From an uncultured Thermoanaerobaculia bacterium (GTDB taxonomy: Bacteria; Acidobacteriota; Thermoanaerobaculia; Multivoradales; Multivoraceae), in contig CATOTG010000011.1 of assembly GCA_951813015.1 (NCBI GenBank), forward strand, positions 129,889 through 193,888: 64,000 nucleotides of DNA, in the 5' to 3' direction. Position numbers and translations under genes: made by a program. Positions 10,116 to 18,251 of the stretch are shown here, piece by piece (position 1 is the first letter of the stretch; every line of letters begins with the position of its first letter). The notes under the pieces are model-generated. The model saw nothing but the letters and a program-made list of their open reading frames with translations. It was not told where the DNA came from and did no database searches.

Positions 10116-11369
10116 TCACCGAAGTTCCCGACTTTGGAACGGCTCTGCCAGCGCCTCCAGCCACTGTTGCGCGGCGTGCTCCGGCCGGTAGCGGCGGTCC
10201 AGCCGGCGGCGTCCCGCCGCGCCGCGCCGGCGCGCTTCCGCGGGATCGGAGGTCGCCGCGATCAATGCGTCGGCGAGAGCGCCGGAACGCTCCGGCGGCG
10301 CCAGCCAGCCGGTCTCCCCGTCGACCACGACCTCCGGAATGCCGCTGACGGCCGAAGCGATGACGGGGATCCCGTCGTCCATCGCCTCGAGGACGACCAG
10401 CGGCATCCCCTCGTAGGTGGAGGGAACGACGAGGGCCGCTGCGCGCTGCCGCAACCGGGCGACTTCCGAGCGTGAGCAGCGGCCGGCAAAGTGCACCGCG
10501 GTTCCCAGCCGAAGACCGCGCGCCAGGGCCGCCAGGGACTCGCGCCGCTCCCCGTCGCCCGCGATGACCAGCCGCGGCGCGTGTCCCCGTTCACGGACCG
10601 CCGCCAGCGCGTGGAGCAGGATCTCGAATCCCTTGCGGATCCGCATCCGGCCGACCGCAAGCAGGAACGGCTCCGGGCCGAAGACAACCTCGCCCGGACT
10701 CTCCCCTCTCTGCCGATCGTCCGAGTGGTACAGGGATGCTCCGACCACCACCTGCTGGCGATCAACGAACGGCTCGGCTCTCTCCCGATCGTCCGGGCGG
10801 TCCAGGGATGCTCCTGTCGCGTTGGGTACCACTCGAACCCCGTTGACGCCGTAGTCGCTTTCGATTTCCCTCGCCGTGGCCCGGCTCGGCGCCAGGCAGA
10901 CGTCCGCGCACCTGGCCGACATCCGGCCCAGGGCGATGTGCACCGGCGTACGCAGGGCACGAAAGACACGCTCGCTCCCCCGAGGCCGCGCAACCACTGC
11001 AAAGCGGCGGTCGGCGTCGACCAGCGGCCGGACCGCCCGGCGCTCGCGGACGTAGCTCACCTGCTGCAGAGCGGCAAGCAGCGGCCGGTCGGCCGCGCGC
11101 AACCGGGCAAGGTCCCGGATCACCAGACCGCCGTCGCTCTCGTGGACCTGCACGACATCCGGCGCCCATTCGGCGACCCGGCGGGCAACGGCCCGCCTCG
11201 CGTACCAGGGAAACGCGGTCTTCGAGACCCTCGGGCCACACCGGTCGCGGCCCAGGACCTCGACCTCGCAGCCGGCATCACGCAGGCCCCAGGCGAGCTG
11301 CAGCACCTGTTCGCCGGCGCCCGAGAGATCGCGGGGGGGCAGGACGTTGGCAACCAGGAGAACCTTCAC
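10116..11369 (-). CDS. glycosyltransferase family 4
   Basis: GAGEQV N-terminal motif, VGRMRIRKG, PSTYEGMPLVVLEAM, VSGIPEVV. Confidence 0.9.
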   Translation of the reverse strand: MKVLLVANVLPPRDLSGAGEQVLQLAWGLRDAGCEVEVLGRDRCGPRVSKTAFPWYARRAVARRVAEWAPDVVQVHESDGGLVIRDLARLRAADRPLLAALQQVSYVRERRAVRPLVDADRRFAVVARPRGSERVFRALRTPVHIALGRMSARCADVCLAPSRATAREIESDYGVNGVRVVPNATGASLDRPDDRERAEPFVDRQQVVVGASLYHSDDRQRGESPGEVVFGPEPFLLAVGRMRIRKGFEILLHALAAVRERGHAPRLVIAGDGERRESLAALARGLRLGTAVHFAGRCSRSEVARLRQRAAALVVPSTYEGMPLVVLEAMDDGIPVIASAVSGIPEVVVDGETGWLAPPERSGALADALIAATSDPAEARRRGAAGRRRLDRRYRPEHAAQQWLEALAEPFQSRELR

Positions 11370-11597
11370 GGCTCCACGGTCCCCTGGGACGAGAGAGGCG
11401 CCCGGGGCGAGAGATGCGCGATCCGCGCACGGGCGCCGTAGATGTCGAAGCGCGAATCTCGCCGGGGAGGCCGAGGACGCGTTCGGGGCGCGTTCCGCGC
11501 ACGGGCGCCGTACATGTCGAAGCCCTTCACGGCTCCGCCGTCCTCTGGGACGGGAGAGGCTCCCGGGACGGGAGAGGCTCCCGGGACGAGAGGGCGA
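11363..11597. repeat. composite direct-repeat region at the recG/glycosyltransferase junction
   Basis: 44-bp duplication 11363-11406 / 11524-11567 (39/44); 36-bp duplication 11416-11451 / 11488-11523 (34/36); about three 18-bp tandem units in the recG tail (SREPLP). Confidence 0.85.
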
Positions 11598-13698
11598 TCC
11601 CGGGAATCCGGCGCTCCAAACGGCGCCGCAGCGCCTCGTTCTCCGGCGCCGCGAGCCGGTCCAGAAGCACCGAGGCGTCGGTACGAGCCGCCACGAGCCA
11701 CTTCCAGTCCCGGGCCGGGTCGCCGAAGCGGAACTGCGGCAGACCGGCCTGGCGCGTGCCGAGCACCTCGCCCGGCCCCCGCTGCCGCAGGTCCTCCTCG
11801 GCGATGCGGAAGCCGTCGTTCGATTCCTCGAAAACGGCCAGCCGTCGCTCGGCCTCGGCCGAAGACCCGCCCGAGACCGCGATGCAGATGGACTCCCCGA
11901 GGGCTCGATTTGTTCCGCGGCCGATGCGCCCCCGAAGTTGATGAAGCTGGGCCAGCCCGAAGCGCTCGGCGCCGAGGATCACCATCGCGGTCGCCTCGGG
12001 TACATCGACGCCGACCTCGATCACGGTCGTCGCCAGCAGCACCTCGATCGAACCGTCTAGGAAGCGACTCATCGTCCCGTCGCGCTCGTCGCGCCCCACA
12101 CGACCGTGGACGACGCCGCACGGCGCTCCAAGCGCATCGGCCCACCAGGAAGCCGACTCCTCGAGCGACGGCAACGCGGCTGCGCTCCCCTCCCCGGCGT
12201 CGATCAGGGGAAACACGACGTATGCCCGGCCACCGCGACGAAGCCGCTCGCGCACGAGCTCCACAGCCTGATCCCGCTGGTCCGCGCTGATCACCCGGGT
12301 CTCGACCGGACTGCGGCCAGGCGGCATCTCGTCCAGAATCGACACGTCGAGGTCACCGTACACGGTCAGCGCCAACGACCTGGGAATCGGCGTCGCGGTC
12401 ATCACCAGGAGGTCCGGTCGCTGCCCCTTCTCCGCCAGGGACTGCCGCTGGGCGACACCGAAGCGATGCTGCTCGTCGATCACGGCCAGTCCCAGGCGCG
12501 CAAAGCGGGTTCGTTCCTGGATCAACGCGTGCGTGCCGACCGTCAGGTCGACCCGGCCGGCGGCGATGCGCTCCCTCACCGCCGCGCCCCCGTCACTGGC
12601 GACGTGCTGGCTGGAGGTCACCAGGGCCAGGGTGAGATGCGACTCCAGCAGCCGCGCCAGGGAAGTGAAGTGCTGTTCCGCGAGCAGCTCCGTCGGCGCC
12701 ATCAGGGCCGACTGCAGGCCGCTTTGCGCCGCGACCAGGCAGGCCAGGGCGGCAATCACCGTCTTGCCGCTGCCGACATCCCCCTGCACCAGGCGCAGCA
12801 TCGGCCGCGGGCCGGACAGGTCCCCGACGATCTCCTGGAGCACGCGTTCCTGGGCACCGGTCAACTGGAACGGCAGCAGACCCCGCGCCTCGCGCCACGC
12901 CGAATCGCAGATCCGGTAGCCGTGCGGCTTCCCCTGCCGCCGGCGGCGCCTGCGAACGGCGGCAAGCTGCAACTGCTGGAGCAGGAACTCCCCGTAAGCG
13001 AGGCGCGCGTGGGCCGGACTCCGCCGCTCGTTCAGTTCGCCAACCGATGCCTCCGGTGAAGGTCGATGGACCTCGGTCAGGGCTTCCGCCAGGCTCGGCA
13101 GGCCGTGCCGGGCCCGTTCTTCCTCGGGCAACCACTCGTCGATCCACTCGGCTCCGCGGGACGCCGCCAGATCCCGCACGACCCCGCCCGCCAGCCGCTC
13201 CACCCGCGACGGCGGCACGTCTCCGATGCGCCCGTAGACCGGCCGTACGCCGCCCCTGGGCGTTTCCTCGCCCACCCGCTCGACGGTCGGGTTCGCCAGT
13301 TCCCAGGCGCCGTCGCCGCCCCGGCGCCGGGGCACGCCGTGGAGCAGGTAGGAGGCGCCCTCCTCCAGTTGATTCAGCAGATAGGGCCGGTTGAACCAGA
13401 CCACGCCGGCCCGGTTCTCGCCGTCGTCCGCGATCGCCTGCACGCGCGAGAACCGGCCGCGGCCGAACACCCGCCGCGGCTTCTCAAGGCGCACGACGAC
13501 GGTCAACGCGCCAGGCGCGGTTTCGGGCGACGCCTCCTCCTCCGGCCCCGGCAACCGCCCGAGCGTGCGCCGGTCCTCGTAGCGGATCGGCAGGTGGGCC
13601 AGGAGGTCCCTTATCCGCCGGCAACCCGCGTCCGCCAGTTTGCCGCCCAGCACGGGGCCAACACCGCGCGCACTGGTGATCGGGTCGCCCGCTTCCAT
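11527..13698 (-). CDS. recG: ATP-dependent DNA helicase RecG
   Basis: LPFQLTGAQ, RLVQGDVGSGKT, DEQHRFGVAQR, MTATPIPRSL, QLHQLRGRIGRG, DGFRIAEEDL..RGPGE. Confidence 0.96.
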   Translation of the reverse strand: MEAGDPITSARGVGPVLGGKLADAGCRRIRDLLAHLPIRYEDRRTLGRLPGPEEEASPETAPGALTVVVRLEKPRRVFGRGRFSRVQAIADDGENRAGVVWFNRPYLLNQLEEGASYLLHGVPRRRGGDGAWELANPTVERVGEETPRGGVRPVYGRIGDVPPSRVERLAGGVVRDLAASRGAEWIDEWLPEEERARHGLPSLAEALTEVHRPSPEASVGELNERRSPAHARLAYGEFLLQQLQLAAVRRRRRRQGKPHGYRICDSAWREARGLLPFQLTGAQERVLQEIVGDLSGPRPMLRLVQGDVGSGKTVIAALACLVAAQSGLQSALMAPTELLAEQHFTSLARLLESHLTLALVTSSQHVASDGGAAVRERIAAGRVDLTVGTHALIQERTRFARLGLAVIDEQHRFGVAQRQSLAEKGQRPDLLVMTATPIPRSLALTVYGDLDVSILDEMPPGRSPVETRVISADQRDQAVELVRERLRRGGRAYVVFPLIDAGEGSAAALPSLEESASWWADALGAPCGVVHGRVGRDERDGTMSRFLDGSIEVLLATTVIEVGVDVPEATAMVILGAERFGLAQLHQLRGRIGRGTNRALGESICIAVSGGSSAEAERRLAVFEESNDGFRIAEEDLRQRGPGEVLGTRQAGLPQFRFGDPARDWKWLVAARTDASVLLDRLAAPENEALRRRLERRIPGIALSSREPLPSREPLPSQRTAEP

Positions 13699-13744
13699 TG
13701 CTGCGCCGGATGCTATGCGTCGGGCGGAAACAGGTGCGCCGTCC

Positions 13745-14677
13745 TCAGCCGATCACTTCGAGCATCCCCGACTTCGGGTCGAGCCGGACCGGCGCTCCCA
13801 GGGGCAACGTGTGATTGGGCGCCTGGTGGCCCGCCGGCAACCCGACCAGAAGCGGCACATCCAGCGCCTCGGCAAAGTCGATCAAGCTGTCGCGCGCGTC
13901 GCAGTTGGTGAAGTGGCCGGCGACCACGGCCCGCACACCCGCGATGTGACGGGAAGTCCGGAGCTGGGTCAACAGGCGGTCGATCCGGTACTCGGGCTCG
14001 TCGATGTCCTCCAGCAAGAGGACGCAGTCCCGAAGATCGGGAAGGAAACCCGTTCCGGTCGTCGCTGCCAGCATCGTCAGACAGCCACCGAGCAGACGCC
14101 CCTCGATCACCTCCGGTCGGCCGGCCGACACCCCGACGACCGGCGCCAACTGCCAGGCCGGGCCCGGTTTCCCGGCCAGCGCCTCAAGAAAGGACGTCCG
14201 CTCCTCCGAACGCAGCCCGCGGGCGAAGTCAACCACCATCGGGCCGTGGTAGGCCACCGTACCGGCGCGAGACACGAGGCCCAGGAGCAAGGGCGTCAGG
14301 TCGGAGTAGCCCACGCAGGGCCGCGGACGGGAGGCAAGCAACGACCAGTCGATCCCCCCCAGCAGCCTGGTCACGCCGTATCCGCCCCGGGCGAAGACGA
14401 TGGCCGCGACCCTGTGGTCCGCAGCCAGTTCGTGGAACGCAGCCAGGCGCTGACGGTCCGAGCCCGCGAACAGCGACCTTCCTTCGCGAATCGCCCCGGA
14501 CCGCAGGTTGGACGCGAGCACCACCTCGAAGCCGAGGTCTTCGAGCGCCTGCACCCCGCCGGAAAGGCGCTCCGGGTCGATCGGTCCGGAGAGCGCCGCA
14601 ATGCCGATCCGGTCGCCGGGCCGCACGGCAGGCGGACGCGCCGCGCCACGCCGCGTTCCTTTGCTACGAAGGGTCAA
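13745..14677 (-). CDS. LD-carboxypeptidase (peptidase S66)
   Basis: ARGGYG, GYSDLT, LLLEDIDE..YRIDRLLTQL, GHQAPN..LPLG. Start uncertain. Confidence 0.88.
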   Translation of the reverse strand: MTLRSKGTRRGAARPPAVRPGDRIGIAALSGPIDPERLSGGVQALEDLGFEVVLASNLRSGAIREGRSLFAGSDRQRLAAFHELAADHRVAAIVFARGGYGVTRLLGGIDWSLLASRPRPCVGYSDLTPLLLGLVSRAGTVAYHGPMVVDFARGLRSEERTSFLEALAGKPGPAWQLAPVVGVSAGRPEVIEGRLLGGCLTMLAATTGTGFLPDLRDCVLLLEDIDEPEYRIDRLLTQLRTSRHIAGVRAVVAGHFTNCDARDSLIDFAEALDVPLLVGLPAGHQAPNHTLPLGAPVRLDPKSGMLEVIG

Positions 14678-14678
14678 G

Positions 14679-15096
14679 TGCCGGAGGACCTCGTAAGCCG
14701 GATTCTGTTCGTCCCGTCACCGTCAGGCGAAAGGAGGCGGCCATTCATCTTTGCGACCTACCCGGAGAGCGTCCCGGACTGCGAACAACCCGGCATCGGG
14801 ACGGACAGCCCGAACCGCACTCCCTATTTGGTCTTGCTCCACATGGGGTTTGCCATCGCCTCGCACCGTCGCCGGCCGAGCGGTGCGCTCTTACCGCACC
14901 GTTTCACCCTTGCCGGCGCTGCGGCCCTGAAGCCCTGGGTGGGCGCCGGAACCACTGCGCCGGCGGTCTGCTCTCTGTTGCACTTTCCGTCGCGTCACCA
15001 CGCCTTGCCGTTAGCAAGCATGCCGTCCGTTGGAGTCCGGACTTTCCTCCCCCGGCGGGCAAGCCGCCGGGAGCGACCGCATCCGGTCCTCCGGCA
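14679..15096 (-). ncRNA. rnpB: RNase P RNA (bacterial class A)
   Basis: Minus strand has GAGGAAAGTCCGGACTC, GAAAGTGCAACAGA, GGTGAAACGGTGCGGTAAGAGCGCACC and GAACAGAATCCGGCTTA; the 12-bp terminal P1 helix pairs 14679-14690 with 15085-15096. Confidence 0.96.
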
Positions 15097-15102
15097 GGCA
15101 GG

Positions 15103-15111
15103 AGGTTAGCA
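15103..15111 (-). promoter_or_regulatory. extended -10 promoter of rnpB (TGCTAACCT)
   Basis: TGn-TAACCT ends 6 nt upstream of the P1 helix start; the same 9-mer precedes the TPR gene and dctQ. Confidence 0.65.
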
Positions 15112-15201
15112 GTATCCATTCAGGACGTTGGGAATGGCGGTGGCGGCCAAACTGCTCAACGGCCCTGTTGGCCACAGCCCGAAACGGTCCGACCACCACT
15201 C

Positions 15202-15233
15202 CCCATCGGCGCCCCCGCGAGGGCGCCGATGGG
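15202..15233. terminator. perfect 13-bp hairpin downstream of the methyltransferase gene (possible terminator)
   Basis: CCCATCGGCGCCC-ccgcga-GGGCGCCGATGGG; no U tract. Confidence 0.4.
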
Positions 15234-15324
15234 CCGGGTTCTCCCTCAGGCGCCGGAAGGCCAAGCTGAACAGACAAGCCCGCCAACCACTCATGTGGCG
15301 CCGGAATCGACGGGCGGCGGGAGG

Positions 15325-18062
15325 TCACCGGTCAGCGGAAGGAAGTTCGACGACGGCCAACATCTCGTCGCCGAAGGTGGTCACGATCCGCACGGCAATC
15401 CGGCCGCGCTCCGGGCGGCGGAACGGCGCCGAGGTGAGGGACTCCATGAACTCCCACTGTTTCGGGTCCACCCGCGCACCGAGCCGCTGCTTGAACGCCT
15501 TGATCTGCCTGTCGTTCGACTTGCCCGGGAAGTGAATCCGGCGGGCGAAGAAGGAGCGCCCGTCGTAGTCCGTGTCCAGCATCCAGCAGTCGATGTCGCT
15601 TGTCTTGCCCGCAGGCCGGACATTGCCTGTGCCCGGATCGTAGACCTGGTAGCCGCGCACCCGGACCTGCCAGGCGCCGTCCTCTCTTCGAATCGGCTCG
15701 AGATCCGGCTCGCCAACCAGGACGAAGGCCGTGTCCTCCCGTCCGGACTTCAGTGCCCGGATCGTCAGGTCACGGTTTGCGCGAACCAGCACGATCTGCA
15801 GCCTGCCCCGCTCCTCGTTCGTCGCCTGGGCATCGAAGTGGAAGGCAACGATCAGCAGTTTGGCAAAGCCGCGGCGCGCCGCCACAAGGGCTGCATCGTC
15901 GATCAGCTGCCGGGTGGCGGTACGGTCATCGGGGACCGTGGCGATCGCCACGCGCTCGCCCGCTGGTTCAGGAGCTCCTCTTGACAGCCCGGCAAACTCT
16001 CCGCCGCGTTCGTCTGCACCGCCGCCGCGTGCGACTTGCCTGGCGGCTTTCCCTTCCCGCCTCCCCGGCGCTGCGGGCGGCCCGTCAGGGGTCGACCCGG
16101 GCTCCTCCGCCACGACGACTCGCAGCGTTGCCTCGTGGGTCAGGAAGACGGGAGGGGCCGCGTCCTCCGAAAGTTCGATGCCGTCGAAACGCCACCGCGC
16201 GCCCGCTGCGCCCTTAGGCCAATCGGGCGCTGCGATGCCGGCAACCTCCAGGGCGTGGACGACGTTCTCCCGTATCGCTGTCTCCCGCTCATCGTGTCGA
16301 GCCTCACGCTCCGGACGCTCGTCACCGCCCTCTGCTTCTCCGCTGGGCGACACGTACAGCCACGGCGAATGGGACTCGACGGTGAACGGCGAGGCGATCC
16401 GCTTGACGCCTCGTTTCGCCACCGGCTTGTTGACGAGCAGTGTCGCTCTTCGCGGTCGGTCGTAGGCGAGATGGGCGGCCGACACGTAGGGCACGCGCTC
16501 GTAGACGAACCCCGACGAAGGATCGCCCCCCCCCCCCCCCCCCCTGAGTCTCTCTCGCTCACATAATCGTCGAGCCGGTCCGCAAGCTTCGCCTCTTCCT
16601 TCCCACCCTCCGCGTCGTCCCGGGTCAGGAACCACTGGTGAACCGAGGAAAGGACGCGTTGCCGGCACAGGGCGACCGGAACGGCCGAAGCATCGATCGT
16701 GATCCACCGTCGCCCCCAGCGCTCGGCGACCGCGGCGGTGGTGCCGGAGCCGCAGGTCGGGTCGAGGACCAGATCGCCCGGGTCGGTCGCCATCAGCAGG
16801 CAGCGCTCGATCGTCTTCTCCGCCGTCTCGACGACATAGTGCATGTCGCTCGCGGATTGCTGTTGGCGCCAGAGGTTGTTGATCTGCTTTCCCGGCACTT
16901 CGTCCTCGTAGCGTTTCCACGCCAGCGTTCCCTTTGCCACCAGCCGGTTCGTCCGGGCAAGGTGGTCCATCCCCGCGGCATCGACCCGCCATTGCTCGCC
17001 GGGCGGGCACGAGAACACCGTCCCCTCCCATGCGTAGGGATCCGACCGGCCGGTCGTGGACACCTTGGCGGAAGCCAGGCGCATCCGCCGGAAGAGCCTG
17101 GCGCCTTCCGGCAGTTCGCCGTCGGGATCGAGCCGCTCGGCGGGCTGGAGGTCACGGCAGGCGCCGTCCGCCAGCTCGACCATCGCGTGCCACGACATGT
17201 GCTCCAGCTTCTCTTTCCGGTTCAGGGGGTCGTAGAGCTGGTGGTACGTCACCCGGCCCTTGTCCTTCGCGTACCAGAGCAGCCAGTCGGCGACCTGGGG
17301 CAGGTTCCTGGCCGATGTCGCCCCCGACTTCGCAAACGCGATCGTCGCCACGCGGTTCTCCGCGCCGAACACCTCGTCGAGCACGACGGACAGGCGATGC
17401 ACGTTCTCGGTGCCAATCTGCAGGAAGAACGAACCCCGGTCCCGGAGCAGCGCCCGGGCGTGAACGGCGGTGCGGAAGACGGTGTCCATGTACGAGTGCA
17501 GGCCGTCGACATAGGTATCCCGGAACGCCCGGCGCGAAGCCGCCTCGACGGGCGGGCTGTTCTCGGTCCGCTTCCGCGTGCTGCCCTGGTAGTTGCTGTT
17601 GAACCCGATGCCGTAGGGCGGGTCGAAGTAGATGAGTTGGACCTGGCCCGCCATGCCCTCCTTCTCCGCCAGTGACGCCATCACCTCGACCGAATTGCCG
17701 CGGATGATCCGGTTCTGCCAGTTCCCCTCGTACCGGTACCAGTCGTAGCGGGCCTCCTGCGGCAGGCCATTGAAGTCGGCGAAGAAGCTGCGCTGCTCGT
17801 CTTCGGCGCCATCCCTGGAGATCTGCTCGACGAAGGCGGCGGGGCTGACCTTCTCGTGGATGTACAGGGGCATCGCGTCCGTTTCGATGCGCTGCGCATC
17901 CGTTCCCCGCCGCCAGCTGAGGCGCGGTCCCTCCGTGCCGGCCGGCTGGGGCGAGAACGGGACCCGCTCACGCACCTCGTCGACGTAGACCTCGTCCCGG
18001 TCCGTCGGAATGTTCCTTCGCTTGGCGCCGCTGTGCTCGTAAGGCCGTGTCTTCGGAGCCAT
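15325..18062 (-). pseudogene. type III-like site-specific adenine DNA methyltransferase (Mod), frameshifted at a poly-G tract (possible phase-OFF state)
   Basis: The 5' frame (ORF 16140..18062) has YFDPPYG and DPTCGSGTT. After the G19 tract the protein-like sequence continues in another frame (GFVYERVPY...SPFTVESHSP...FVLVGEPD...IDCWMLDTDYDGRSFF...IAVRIVTTFGDE). The span is 2738 nt, so +1 or -2 nt gives one ORF of about 911-912 aa. Confidence 0.85.
16526..16544 (-). repeat. G19 homopolymer (C19 on + strand)
   Basis: Counted directly from gatcg-C19-tgagtc. Confidence 0.95.
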
Positions 18063-18251
18063 CTACCCCCCCCCTTTTTCTCCGCCGGTCCCTTGAGTCT
18101 TCGCAGCCCGTTCAACCCCGGCAGACCCGGAAGCCCCGGTACGCCCGGACCATCCCCGCTTCGCTGCGTTCCAGGGTGCGTTCCGCGACGCCGTCCTCGG
18201 CGCGACCGGCGCCGTGGGCCAGCGGTTCGCGAACTCCTGTTCGCAGCCCGT

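Noticed and set aside
11416-11523. Calling the 36-36-36 unit a CRISPR array
   Set aside because: Only two repeats, no leader or cas genes, and no repeat family I can confirm; reported as a repeat and hypothesis instead.
15112-15324. 6S, SRP RNA or riboswitch upstream of rnpB
   Set aside because: No conserved core of those families is recognisable; only one strong hairpin.
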